Positions 9,055-18,941 of a DNA stretch of 64,000 nucleotides are shown here, one piece after another; position 1 is the first letter of the stretch, and every line of letters starts with the position of its first letter. The translations under genes and the position numbers were made by a program. Source of the stretch: Candidatus Pacearchaeota archaeon (GTDB lineage Archaea > Nanobdellota > Nanobdellia > Pacearchaeales > GW2011-AR1); contig JAGLOA010000003.1 of assembly GCA_023139205.1 (NCBI GenBank), positions 1,779 to 65,778 of the forward strand. Direction: 5' to 3'. The notes under the pieces were generated by a model that saw only the letters and a program-made list of their open reading frames with translations, did no database searches and was not told the origin of the DNA.

Positions 9055-9453
9055 ATGCCCTATACAACCAAAAAAAAATTTGAAGAAAATTATAAAAATT
9101 GTAAAAATTATTTAAAAGAATTAGAATCCATAAAACCAAAGCCTAAAGAAGAATATCCAAATATACCGGATTTTGGATCTTGTTTAAAAGATATTGAAGA
9201 AATGACGTGTAAAATACATATAGATGATAGAAACAATATGATTGAACACCAAAATAAATATCTAAAAAAAGAAATAAAGTGGTGTAAAAAAAATTTAGAA
9301 GATTTAACAAAATCAAAAAAAGAATCTATTTTTGGATTAATCAACTATAAAAAAATACATACTTTAGATTGGGGGAAATTAGATATGAAAGATTTTAGAA
9401 CATATCTTAATGGGAGGGTAAGAATGTATAGTCCTAATCCTATTGAACATTAA
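9055..9453 (+). CDS. Hypothetical protein between rfcS and rfcL
   Basis: 132-aa ORF, no motif recognised. Confidence 0.6.
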   Translation: MPYTTKKKFEENYKNCKNYLKELESIKPKPKEEYPNIPDFGSCLKDIEEMTCKIHIDDRNNMIEHQNKYLKKEIKWCKKNLEDLTKSKKESIFGLINYKKIHTLDWGKLDMKDFRTYLNGRVRMYSPNPIEH

Positions 9454-9456
9454 AAA

Positions 9457-10737
9457 ATGGATAATGAAAATTTTTCTTATATAACATCAGTAAGAGGCAA
9501 TGAAGAGATGCCAACCTTTAACACCCCAAAGAATGGAGTGTACGAGAGAAATCAAGGGGTTTCCTCGCCTTGGACTGAAAAATACAGACCTAAAAAATTT
9601 GAAGACCTCAAAGGTCAAAATGAAGCAATAAATAAAATAAAAAACTTTATAGAAAACTTTTCTTCTTCTAAGAAAAAAGCATTAATTCTTCATGGTCCTC
9701 CTGGAACAGGGAAAACTACAATAACACATATAATTGCAGAAGAAACAAATTCAGAAATATTTGAATTAAATGCTTCTGACTTAAGAAATAAAAATAAATT
9801 AAAAGAAATTTTAAAACCTGCAATTGAACAAAGATCTTTAATCAAACAAAAAAAAATAATCTTAATAGATGAAGTAGATGGAATCTCAACAGTAGACAGA
9901 GGGGGATTAACAGAACTTGTATCTTTAATAAAATTAAGTTCTTATCCATTAATAATGACTGCAAATGATGCATGGAACAAAAAATTAAGTCCCTTAAGAA
10001 AAACTTCAGAATTAATACAATTAAAAGAAATTGATTATCACACAACCAAAGAAATTCTATTCAGCATCTTAAGAAAAGAAGGGCTTTTCATCGACAATAA
10101 CATAATAACAAACCTCTCAATAAAAGTAAAAGGAGATATAAGAGCTGCAATAAATGATTTACAAACAATCTCCCATACAAAAGATCACTCTTCATTAAAT
10201 CTCGACGAAAGAAACAAGGAAATTGATATTTTCCACGCACTAAGAATGATCTTCAAAGGAAAAGCAACACAAGAAATACTAAAAGTTTTTGATTCAGTAA
10301 ATATGCCAATAGACAAGAAACTTTTATGGATAGAAGAAAATATTCCTTTAGAATATCAGGGAGAAGAATTAGCAAATGCCTGTGAAAGATTAAGCAGAGC
10401 AGATATTTTTAAAGGAAGAATATACAAACAACAATATTGGAGATTTTTAGTTTATGAAAATATACTTTTAAGCTATGGAGTTTCTGCTGCGAAAAAAAGT
10501 GTTAAAACAGGGTTTACAAGTTACAAAAAACCAACAAGAATTTTAAAAATCTGGATGAACAATCAAAAAATAGCTAAAAGAAAAACAATTGCAAAAAAAT
10601 ATTCAAGATATGTCCACATTGGAGAAAAACGTGCATTGCAGGAATTTTTTATAATCAAACAAATCATAAAATCAAATCCAACAATTTCAAAAGAGTTGAA
10701 ACTTAACGAAGAAGAAGTTGAATATTTAGCAAAGTGA
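9457..10737 (+). CDS. rfcL: Replication factor C large subunit (N-terminal extension partly cassette-derived; start uncertain)
   Basis: [44 protein letters not shown]. Confidence 0.93.
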   Translation: MDNENFSYITSVRGNEEMPTFNTPKNGVYERNQGVSSPWTEKYRPKKFEDLKGQNEAINKIKNFIENFSSSKKKALILHGPPGTGKTTITHIIAEETNSEIFELNASDLRNKNKLKEILKPAIEQRSLIKQKKIILIDEVDGISTVDRGGLTELVSLIKLSSYPLIMTANDAWNKKLSPLRKTSELIQLKEIDYHTTKEILFSILRKEGLFIDNNIITNLSIKVKGDIRAAINDLQTISHTKDHSSLNLDERNKEIDIFHALRMIFKGKATQEILKVFDSVNMPIDKKLLWIEENIPLEYQGEELANACERLSRADIFKGRIYKQQYWRFLVYENILLSYGVSAAKKSVKTGFTSYKKPTRILKIWMNNQKIAKRKTIAKKYSRYVHIGEKRALQEFFIIKQIIKSNPTISKELKLNEEEVEYLAK

Positions 10738-10794
10738 ATTAGACGCAAGAGGATATAGATTATATAAATATTTAAAAAAGAAAAAGAGTAAATT

Positions 10795-11028
10795 ATGGAC
10801 ATGGTAAATTTAGGCGCTAAACAAATTGCTCAAAAAGCAGCAGAATATTTGCAAGAATTAAAGAATGTCTCTGATATTTCTTTGGAGGAAATAGAATTGG
10901 TAGGAGAGGGATATTGGTTGGTCACCTTGAGCTATACTTCTTATAACATATTAGATTCAAAAGAACATTGGAAAGTTTTCAAGATAGATGCTTCTACAGG
11001 GGAAGTTCTCTCTATGAAATCCAAATAA
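10795..11028 (+). CDS. Small PepSY-like protein, probable antitoxin partner of the PIN gene
   Basis: LEEIEL..WLVTLSY..KVFKIDASTGEVLSMK; abuts the PIN gene. Confidence 0.6.
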   Translation: MDMVNLGAKQIAQKAAEYLQELKNVSDISLEEIELVGEGYWLVTLSYTSYNILDSKEHWKVFKIDASTGEVLSMKSK

Positions 11029-11029
11029 A

Positions 11030-11566
11030 ATGGGAAAACCATTTACTCTAGATAAACGAATAATTCAAAGATATGCATCAAAAGGTTTAATTTTAGATAC
11101 AAAATTGTTTATCCTTTTTTTAGCTGGAATTTATAATCCCAACTCAATAGGAAAGAATAAACTAACAAAAGAATTTAGCATAGAGGATTGGGAATTAATA
11201 CAAATATTTCTTAAAGCTTCAAATAATAAAATCTTGGTGACTCCCCACATACTCACAGAAAGTTCAAATTTTCTAGAAAGAGATTTAAAAGGAGAATTCC
11301 AAATTTGGTTCAAAAAAATCTCAAAAGAACTAATGAAAATGAAAGAATTTTTGATTGAAAAAAATAAAATATTATCTATCCCAGAAACTCAAAGATTTGG
11401 GATAACAGATATAGGAACAATAATCACCCGTAAAATTTGTGGGGGGCTTATAATAACTAGTGATTCAAACCTAGTGAGAGAATATTCAAAAAAAGGGGTG
11501 CCCATACTAAATTTTAATCATTTAAGAAATATTTACTGGGCAAAGAAAAAAGGGATTTTATCTTAA
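11030..11566 (+). CDS. PIN-domain (VapC-like) ribonuclease
   Basis: LILDT, TPHILTE, FGITD, IITSD acidic tetrad. Confidence 0.8.
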   Translation: MGKPFTLDKRIIQRYASKGLILDTKLFILFLAGIYNPNSIGKNKLTKEFSIEDWELIQIFLKASNNKILVTPHILTESSNFLERDLKGEFQIWFKKISKELMKMKEFLIEKNKILSIPETQRFGITDIGTIITRKICGGLIITSDSNLVREYSKKGVPILNFNHLRNIYWAKKKGILS

Positions 11567-11705
11567 CTAACACTAAGCTCCAGTATCAGAACCTATTCAT
11601 CCCCATCCAAATCCAGGAGAAGGAGAATCACTTGACAAGCTGTAAACATTAACTCTCTCTTCTTTTTTCATTTTTACCAAACCTAAATCAATAAAAATAA
11701 AAAAC

Positions 11706-12506
11706 TTAATTCAATTCGTCTAAAATTTTTGACAAATCTTCTAATGGTCTATAACCACTTACAAAATACCTACCATTAATCACATTTGCAGGAGTTCCTG
11801 TTGCACCATACTTTTCTGCAACATCTCTGTTCGCACTTAAATCAAGTGCATAGATAGTTATCTCTGGATATTTTTCTTGTGCTTCAACCAAAACCGGATG
11901 GTATTTAGTGCACCATCCACAGCCAGCACCATAAAACGAAATCAAAGTTTTAGGAATTAAATCATAATTTGCAAATTCATTAATTCTCATAGAAGCATCA
12001 TATTCTTCTGATTCTTCAACATCAAAAGATAATATTTTTGATTTAATATCTTCAGGCAATTCATTTTCAAAAACACTCCAATCAACAGATTCTGGTCGTT
12101 GAGTCTGTTGGTCTGATTGAGAAGAATCTTCTTCATTAATTGCTGCTAAAGGAATTAAACTTGAAGTGAAATATTCTCCATCCATTGTAACATAAACTGG
12201 AAAATCTTGTCCTTGAATTGAAAGAGTAACTTTATAAAAACCATTTTCTTCGACCACATTAATTAATTCTGCATTAGCTCCTTGTGCATTTGCAAAATCA
12301 AGAACAGCCTCTCCAGCAACATCTTCTGAAATAACAGAACCAGTTATACCTGAAAAACTTCCAATTACAAAAATAAACGTTATAACTCCTAAAACAATTG
12401 TTGAAAGAATCCACGGATTTTCCCTTAATTTTTTAGTAACAGTATCTTTTTTATCAACAACTTTTTCATTAACACCTTCTGAAATATTTTCATTTTCACT
12501 TTCCAT
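11706..12506 (-). CDS. Membrane-anchored thioredoxin/DsbA-like protein
   Basis: TM helix, ITG-V, C-terminal CGWC and GTP cis-Pro loop. Confidence 0.8.
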   Translation of the reverse strand: MESENENISEGVNEKVVDKKDTVTKKLRENPWILSTIVLGVITFIFVIGSFSGITGSVISEDVAGEAVLDFANAQGANAELINVVEENGFYKVTLSIQGQDFPVYVTMDGEYFTSSLIPLAAINEEDSSQSDQQTQRPESVDWSVFENELPEDIKSKILSFDVEESEEYDASMRINEFANYDLIPKTLISFYGAGCGWCTKYHPVLVEAQEKYPEITIYALDLSANRDVAEKYGATGTPANVINGRYFVSGYRPLEDLSKILDELN

Positions 12507-12594
12507 TAAATAAAAATATGAAAAAGTCATTTAAAAACATTTTGGTAAAAAAAATTATCAATAACTATAAAAATATCTTTAATTTTATTTTAAT

Positions 12595-13905
12595 ATGGCA
12601 TATGATATAATAGTCGGAAGAAATGCATCTGACAAAAAAGAGTTGGGAGACAAAGGTCTTGTTTTTATTGGTAAAGGTTATGTAAAAATGGGGCAATACA
12701 CTTCTCTGAGTAATAAAATTTATATGGACATTGCAAGAAGTCATGTTATTCTTGTCGCAGGGAAAAGAGGTTCTGGAAAATCTTACACCCTCGGAGTTGT
12801 TGCAGAAGAACTCTCTAATCTTCCCAAGGAAACAAGCCAAAATATTGCTTCATTAATTTTTGACACAATGGGAATTTATTGGACAATGAAATTCCAAAAT
12901 GAAAAAGATAAAAAATTATTACAGGATTGGGAACTAAAACCAAAGAATCTTCCTGTAAAAATCTTTGTTCCTTTTGGGCATTATGAAAATTATCTTGAAA
13001 AAGGGATTCCTGCAGATGAACAGTTTGCATTAGATGTAACTGAACTCAATCCTGAAGATTGGATTATTACCTTTGGATTAAAATTAACAAACCCCATAGC
13101 TGTTTTAATTGAAAGAACAATTACTAAACTAAAAAAAACAGGAGAATTCAATCTTCAGGAAATAATTTCAAATTTAGAAGCAGATGAAAAAACTTCAAGA
13201 GAAATAAAAAACGCAGCAGTAGGATTATTCGAAGCAGCAAACACTTGGGGAATTTTCGCAAAAAAACAAAAAGAATCAACCCAGGTAAAAGATTTAATTA
13301 ATGCAGGTTCAACTTCAGTTTTAGATTTAAGTGTCTATAGTTCTATTGGAGCATTTAACGTAAGAGCATTAGCAATAAGCTTAATCTCAAGGAAAATTTT
13401 CAACCAAAGAATGGATGCAAGAAAAAAAGAAGAAATCAAATCCATTTCTAAAAATCTTGAATATTCCTCAATACAAGAAAAAAAAGAAACACCTTTAGTC
13501 TGGATGTTCATTGATGAAGCCCACGAGTTCCTTCCTTTAAATTCCAAAACAATTGCAACAGATGCTCTAGTTCAAATTTTAAGAGAAGGAAGACAGCCAG
13601 GAATTTCTTTGGTTTTAGCAACACAACAGCCAGGACAAATACATAGAGACGTAATGACTCAATCAGATATTGTAATCTCACACAGAGTTACTTCCCAGCC
13701 AGACACAGAAGCATTAAACCAAATTATGCAAAGCTATCTGTTAAATAGTATTCAAAAATACATGGACGAACTTCCAACACTAAAAGGTTCTGCAATAATT
13801 CTCGATGACAATTCAGAAAGAATTTATCCTTTAAGAGTAAAACCAAGATTTACTTGGCACGGGGGAGAAGCACCGACTGCAGTGAAAAGAGAAAAGAAAT
13901 TATAA
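12595..13905 (+). CDS. HerA/FtsK-family ATPase (DUF87)
   Basis: GKRGSGKS, IFDTMG, FIDEAHEF, REGRQPG, ATQQPG. Confidence 0.88.
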   Translation: MAYDIIVGRNASDKKELGDKGLVFIGKGYVKMGQYTSLSNKIYMDIARSHVILVAGKRGSGKSYTLGVVAEELSNLPKETSQNIASLIFDTMGIYWTMKFQNEKDKKLLQDWELKPKNLPVKIFVPFGHYENYLEKGIPADEQFALDVTELNPEDWIITFGLKLTNPIAVLIERTITKLKKTGEFNLQEIISNLEADEKTSREIKNAAVGLFEAANTWGIFAKKQKESTQVKDLINAGSTSVLDLSVYSSIGAFNVRALAISLISRKIFNQRMDARKKEEIKSISKNLEYSSIQEKKETPLVWMFIDEAHEFLPLNSKTIATDALVQILREGRQPGISLVLATQQPGQIHRDVMTQSDIVISHRVTSQPDTEALNQIMQSYLLNSIQKYMDELPTLKGSAIILDDNSERIYPLRVKPRFTWHGGEAPTAVKREKKL

Positions 13906-13933
13906 ATAGATGTTCCTTCGAGAGGATAATAAT

Positions 13934-14269
13934 TTATTTTCTATTATTTTTTAATTTATCAATTTTTAATGAGAGAATCATCAAACAGAAGAAGATTAAC
14001 GAAATAACAAAACTAACATTCCTTTGAAATTCCAATCTCTTTCTTTCATTTCCACAGATATTTATATCTCTCATATTTAAATAAGCATCTTCTAAATCAT
14101 TGCTATCGAGTTTTAACTCTTGTTTACACACATCATAATCAAATGAGGAATATATTCCTTTATAATTAATAAACATTAATACAGAAATTATAAAAAAGAC
14201 TATCAAAATCCCAGATACCACCAAACCCCTATTTTCTTTAACTATCTTTTTCATTTCTATTAAGATCAT
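13934..14269 (-). CDS. Hypothetical 2-TM membrane protein
   Basis: Two hydrophobic segments flanking a Cys-containing loop. Confidence 0.6.
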   Translation of the reverse strand: MILIEMKKIVKENRGLVVSGILIVFFIISVLMFINYKGIYSSFDYDVCKQELKLDSNDLEDAYLNMRDINICGNERKRLEFQRNVSFVISLIFFCLMILSLKIDKLKNNRK

Positions 14270-14295
14270 AAAAGAAGGATTAGTTTTAAGTTTTT

Positions 14296-15126
14296 CTATA
14301 AAACCTGAAAATCAACCCTTAATCTAATTTTGTAAGGTGCAATTTCACCTGCTGATTTTACATTTAAAATTTTAATTTTCTTTTTGAATTTTTTAGCTTC
14401 TTGTTTTATTTTTTCTACGACTAAATCAATTTTGTCGGTATCACAAAAATCATAATAATAAATTCTTGTATTTTTTTTGCTTAACATAAAAGCTTGTTCA
14501 AGAAAACTATCTCTTAATTGAGGTCTTGGCATTACAATAACATCAAACTTTGCCCCTTGTAAAAATTCTTGAAGAGAATTTTTCGGGGCACACCCTTGGG
14601 TGTCAACACTAGAACCTATTACTCTCTTAATATCTCCAGAAACCAACTCAACTTTATCTTTTAATTTATTTAACTCAATATTTAATTTTGCATATTTGTT
14701 TGCTTCACGATTTAATTCATTTGAAAAAACTCTTTCTGCTTTGGAATTTTTAGCAATAATAATTGAAAAAGGTGCGACACCTGCAAACATCACCAAAACA
14801 TTTTCTCCTTTTTTTATTTTTGAAGCAATTTCTTTTCTCTCATTACTTAATCTAGGAGAAAAATAAGTTGAATCAATATTAAACCTAAAAACACAACCAT
14901 TTTCTTTATACAAAACTTCTTTTGTTTTTTCACCAGCTAAATACTTTGTAGAAATCTTTCTTAATCGACCTTTAATTCTTCCCTGTTTTTCTAAAACAGT
15001 TTTAACTGATTTTTGTTCTTTCAATAATTTTTCAGTAAATCTCTTTTTATCTTTTTGTTTAAACTCTTTAGGAAACCTAACAACTGCTATATTCCCTAAA
15101 ATATCAAAAGCCCGTTGTTTTTTCAT
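14296..15126 (-). CDS. Trm5/Taw2-family tRNA methyltransferase (Met-10+) with in-frame hairpin insertion
   Basis: FDILGNIA, G-LR, YKENG, YFSPRL-NER, MFAGVAPF, D-IVMP-P. Confidence 0.88.
   Translation of the reverse strand: MKKQRAFDILGNIAVVRFPKEFKQKDKKRFTEKLLKEQKSVKTVLEKQGRIKGRLRKISTKYLAGEKTKEVLYKENGCVFRFNIDSTYFSPRLSNERKEIASKIKKGENVLVMFAGVAPFSIIIAKNSKAERVFSNELNREANKYAKLNIELNKLKDKVELVSGDIKRVIGSSVDTQGCAPKNSLQEFLQGAKFDVIVMPRPQLRDSFLEQAFMLSKKNTRIYYYDFCDTDKIDLVVEKIKQEAKKFKKKIKILNVKSAGEIAPYKIRLRVDFQVL
14551..14604. repeat. GC-rich palindromic cassette in frame in the Trm5-like gene
   Basis: TGCCCC...AAAAATTCT/AGAATTTTT...GGGGCA plus ACACCC-TT-GGGTGT; both modules recur at 26897-27037. Confidence 0.8.
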
Positions 15127-15538
15127 AAATCTTTTTAACCTCCTCTAAAAATTCTTCTGAATCTAAAATTGCATTTTCTGCGTCTTCCTTCAAGATATTC
15201 AAATCAAAACCATATAAAATTTCATGTCTATCTTCTCGTAAAATATTAAAAGAATTAATTAAATGTTGAGGGATTTTATCAGAATATTTTTCATTGATAT
15301 AAACATAAGTTGCATAATGACTTTTTTCCTGGATCCCCTCTTTATATAATATGGCTCGTACAGCATGAAACATCGAAGTATAAACAGATAAAACTGAATT
15401 ATTAAAAAATCCAGCACCAAATAATTTCTTCGCTTCCTCCAACTTTGCTTCAGCTATTTTTATACTTGAATTTGCTTTTTCTAAATTAGGAGAAATTTTT
15501 CTCAATATTCTTTTTTTAAAACAATCATTAACATCCAT
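15104..15538 (-). CDS. HEPN domain protein
   Basis: A..KLEEA..LF, Y-SMFHA-RA-L, KSH, R-x4-Y (RHEILY). Confidence 0.85.
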   Translation of the reverse strand: MDVNDCFKKRILRKISPNLEKANSSIKIAEAKLEEAKKLFGAGFFNNSVLSVYTSMFHAVRAILYKEGIQEKSHYATYVYINEKYSDKIPQHLINSFNILREDRHEILYGFDLNILKEDAENAILDSEEFLEEVKKIYEKTTGF

Positions 15539-15539
15539 T

Positions 15540-16094
15540 TTATTCAACAATAGGTTTTTCACCTACCAAACAAACCCCCTTAGTAATTACTTCCTGATAA
15601 AATGCTTTATTTATTTTTGCTTGTTTTTTCCATTCAAACCAAGAGAAAATATGCGAATTAAGTTCTCTATCAAATTTCTTTTGATACTGAAAAATAATCT
15701 CCCTTATTTTTTTCTTATCTTTTCCAATCACCAATAAATCAATATCACTTTTCTCGTCATCCAACCCTTCTGCAATGCTCCCAAAAATAACAACATAAGA
15801 AACTTTTTTTTCTAATGCTTTGATTATCCCAGAATCTTCTACTTTCTTCAGAGAAAAAATAAGTTTTATATTTCTAAAAACAATTGAATCAAGATTTGCT
15901 TTAAAATATCTTAAATTAGCTTTTCTTTCATCTTTAATCAAATTCTCGTTCAAAAATAAATTCAAAAATCTCTGAGCACTATTCAAACTTATTTTCAATT
16001 TTCTGGAAAATTCTCTCAAATGAATTTCTTCGTAAGGATTTTCAACAAAAAAATTCAACGCTTTAAGTACCAAAAAACTGTATTCTTTTTTCAT
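15540..16094 (-). CDS. wHTH-minimal nucleotidyltransferase (MNT antitoxin)
   Basis: HLREFSRKL HTH; FGS-A-G...SDIDLLVI. Confidence 0.88.
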   Translation of the reverse strand: MKKEYSFLVLKALNFFVENPYEEIHLREFSRKLKISLNSAQRFLNLFLNENLIKDERKANLRYFKANLDSIVFRNIKLIFSLKKVEDSGIIKALEKKVSYVVIFGSIAEGLDDEKSDIDLLVIGKDKKKIREIIFQYQKKFDRELNSHIFSWFEWKKQAKINKAFYQEVITKGVCLVGEKPIVE

Positions 16095-16178
16095 ACAATT
16101 GTATTATATTTTGACATATTTAAACTTTTCTTTTTAAATAATATAAAACTTTATAAAAACAAATTCCGTACATCAATC

Positions 16179-17372
16179 ATGCAAAAGAGGAATTTAATAA
16201 TTGTTTTAGGATTATCTTTGATTAATTTTGTGAGTGCAGCTAGTTTTTCTTTAGAAAATGTTTTTGATGGAATTGATCCTTCAACAATTACTTTAGGTGC
16301 AGTTTTTATAATTTCATTTGCATTAATTTACTGGGCATTATCAAGGGTGATTAAAGATGGAACAACAGGGGAACCAAACAAAGGAATTGTAGGAGTAACT
16401 TCAATCACAGCCGCTCTTTTTGCAACATGGGGGATAAATACTTTAAATATTGATATAGAAAATTACTTAAAATTAGGATTAATTTTCGTAGCTTCATTTG
16501 TCCCAATAAATTTCATATTATCAAGAGTAATAAAAAACAAAACAACAGGGGAACCAAACAAAGGAATTGCAGGAATGATTTCACTTGCATTAGCCCTAAT
16601 AATTACTTATGGGGTAAATACATTTGATTTTGATATAGAAAATTTATTTTTTGATATGGGACTTCCAACAGACATCTTTACGATTATACTCCCAATAATA
16701 ACAATAATAATAATTATAGCAGGGATAATCTTTGCAATTGTAAAGTTCAAATTTGTGAGAAAGTATTTTCTATTTATCCTTGGAGGATTATTTTTTCTAT
16801 TAAGTTTCATAGTATATGAAGGAAATAGATTGTTCATGATTATTCTTGCAGTTATTTCTGGAGTAATTGGACTTTTTCTGAAGTTTAAAAAAAAAGATAG
16901 TGTAGGGGGAGGAAATTATAATTATAAACAAACACGTGAAGAAAAAAGATATAGACAACAATTAGAAAAAGAGAAATATTATCAACAAAAAGATGTAAAC
17001 AAGAAATTAAAGAGAAATTGGGAACAACAACAAAGAGAAAAACAAATGAAAGCTGTAGGGGAATTTGGAAAGAAATGGGGAGGAAAGATAGGGAAAGGTG
17101 CTGAAACTGTAGGAAAAGGAGTAAAATGGACAGCAAATAAAAGCACAAGACCAATAAGAAAAAGAATAAGAGCTCAAAAGATAGCAAATAGACGAGAAGA
17201 AAGATTAGCAAAAGAACAACCCGGGATTAGTAAATGGCAAAGAGCAAATTATAGAGCGAGATATAAAGAATTAAGAAAGCAATATGATAAAATTGGTAAG
17301 CAAAATCCCAATGATCCAAGATTACCAGGATTAGCACAAGAAGCAAAAAGATTAATTAAATTAATAAGATAA
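16179..17372 (+). CDS. Multi-pass membrane protein with internal 60-aa duplication and basic C-terminal tail
   Basis: Probable ATG at 16179; LSRVIK..TTGEPNKGI.G occurs twice at 180-bp spacing. Confidence 0.75.
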   Translation: MQKRNLIIVLGLSLINFVSAASFSLENVFDGIDPSTITLGAVFIISFALIYWALSRVIKDGTTGEPNKGIVGVTSITAALFATWGINTLNIDIENYLKLGLIFVASFVPINFILSRVIKNKTTGEPNKGIAGMISLALALIITYGVNTFDFDIENLFFDMGLPTDIFTIILPIITIIIIIAGIIFAIVKFKFVRKYFLFILGGLFFLLSFIVYEGNRLFMIILAVISGVIGLFLKFKKKDSVGGGNYNYKQTREEKRYRQQLEKEKYYQQKDVNKKLKRNWEQQQREKQMKAVGEFGKKWGGKIGKGAETVGKGVKWTANKSTRPIRKRIRAQKIANRREERLAKEQPGISKWQRANYRARYKELRKQYDKIGKQNPNDPRLPGLAQEAKRLIKLIR

Positions 17373-17374
17373 AA

Positions 17375-18415
17375 CTAAAACCATTTAGTTAATTGATTTT
17401 GCTTTCTTTCCTCAAAAACTTTCCTTAATTTCTCCAATTGCTTATTAACTCTCTCTTCAGAAAAATCATGTTCTTCAACTAAAATTCTCTTTATTTTTTC
17501 CTCGTTAATTTTTTCAAACTCAAAACCAAAACCTTCAACATTTGGCTTATGAAATAATTCAAAAATTTCCTTCCAATCAAATTGATCTTCTTCAGGAAGA
17601 CTATGAATCCTTTCTTTAACTTCTTCAAAAATTAAAACTGGTTGCTTGTACTTTTGCACAAGTTCTAATGCTTTTTTTTGCCCAATCCCTGGGACTCCTT
17701 TTGGATTATAATCTGTTCCAACAAGAATCCCCAGACAAATCAATTGATCTAAATCTATTTCCAAAACATCCAAAACTCTTTCCAAATCAATCAACTCTGG
17801 TTTTACCTCCACCCAACCAGTAAAAGTTTTTCTTCTTCTTGCTAAAGTTAAATTCCTGATTAAATTAGGAGTTCCAAAAAGAAGACTATCATAATCCTGA
17901 CTTGCACTTGCATAAATATCCTCATTAATTTTACAAAGATGTGAAGCCTCTGCCTCTCCTTCTCCAGGAGCCTGAACAATAGGAATTCCCATTGCAATCA
18001 AAAGTTCTTTACTCTCTTTAATCATTTCATCGTCAAGACGAATCAACTGACTCCCATATCTTCTCATTGCAGACAAATCCTCTTTTTGTTTAGCTTCTTC
18101 ATATCTTTCTTTAGCCAAATCTCTTCCTTCCTGCCTTTTTTTATGTGTCTTAGATTTTAATTCAGGTGCCTTGCCATCAAAAACATAAACTAATTTTATT
18201 CCCTCTGAAAGAAGAGAAATATTTCTATAAAAAACTCCAGAAAGATGACTTGTAACCCTTTTCTTATTATCCATTAAAGGAGTTCCATCTACCTGCCTCA
18301 CACTAGAAAGAAACTGATACAAAGTATTAAACGCATCAACACAAAGAGTTTTTCCTTTTAAATCTGAAATTTCAATTTCCTTACGCGGAATAATGTCTTT
18401 AATATTTAATCCCAT
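17375..18415 (-). CDS. fen: Flap endonuclease 1
   Basis: DAFNTLYQFL, VFDG, QAPGEGEAEA, SQDYDSLLFG, GTDYN, PIP box QNQLTKWF. Confidence 0.97.
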   Translation of the reverse strand: MGLNIKDIIPRKEIEISDLKGKTLCVDAFNTLYQFLSSVRQVDGTPLMDNKKRVTSHLSGVFYRNISLLSEGIKLVYVFDGKAPELKSKTHKKRQEGRDLAKERYEEAKQKEDLSAMRRYGSQLIRLDDEMIKESKELLIAMGIPIVQAPGEGEAEASHLCKINEDIYASASQDYDSLLFGTPNLIRNLTLARRRKTFTGWVEVKPELIDLERVLDVLEIDLDQLICLGILVGTDYNPKGVPGIGQKKALELVQKYKQPVLIFEEVKERIHSLPEEDQFDWKEIFELFHKPNVEGFGFEFEKINEEKIKRILVEEHDFSEERVNKQLEKLRKVFEERKQNQLTKWF

Positions 18416-18449
18416 TAAAAAATAAAGTACTAGAAATATAAATAGTTAT

Positions 18450-18857
18450 CTAATCAAAAAGAGATAATTGTGATTCATTAGATAAATTTCTTTTAGGAGT
18501 TTCAACAAGAACTTTATTTCCAAAAGAAGTTACAGAATAAGGTTTCATAAAATAAACAAAATTATTAAACCCATCTTCAAGAGCTTCATTTTCAGCTTGA
18601 GATTTATTATCATAAGGTCCAACAACCTCTCTTATAACACATTTTAAAAAATCATAAGTTCTAGATACTAAAACCCCTCTCCCCGGAACATAATCACCAA
18701 ATTCACAAGAGATAGTTCCTTCCACTTGATTATTCACATTAACTTCTCTCTTAATTTTTTCTGCTAAATCTTCTAAAGAAGTTGGACTATTTGTTCTTTT
18801 AATTTCATTCCTAATCTTATCCAAAGATTTTCTAAATAATTCTCTATCTCCTTCCAT
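18450..18857 (-). CDS. Hypothetical protein ending in QLSLFD
   Basis: 135-aa ORF. Confidence 0.6.
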   Translation of the reverse strand: MEGDRELFRKSLDKIRNEIKRTNSPTSLEDLAEKIKREVNVNNQVEGTISCEFGDYVPGRGVLVSRTYDFLKCVIREVVGPYDNKSQAENEALEDGFNNFVYFMKPYSVTSFGNKVLVETPKRNLSNESQLSLFD

Positions 18858-18941
18858 AATATAACTACTTTAAAGGGGTATATAAATCTTATTATTTAGA
18901 ATATTCCTAATGTTTAAATAATTAAAATCCTCCTTAAATTA

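Noticed and set aside
11600-11675. 24-aa minus-strand ORF MKKEERVNVYSLSSDSPSPGFGWG
   Set aside because: Too short, and no partner enzyme or recognisable motif nearby
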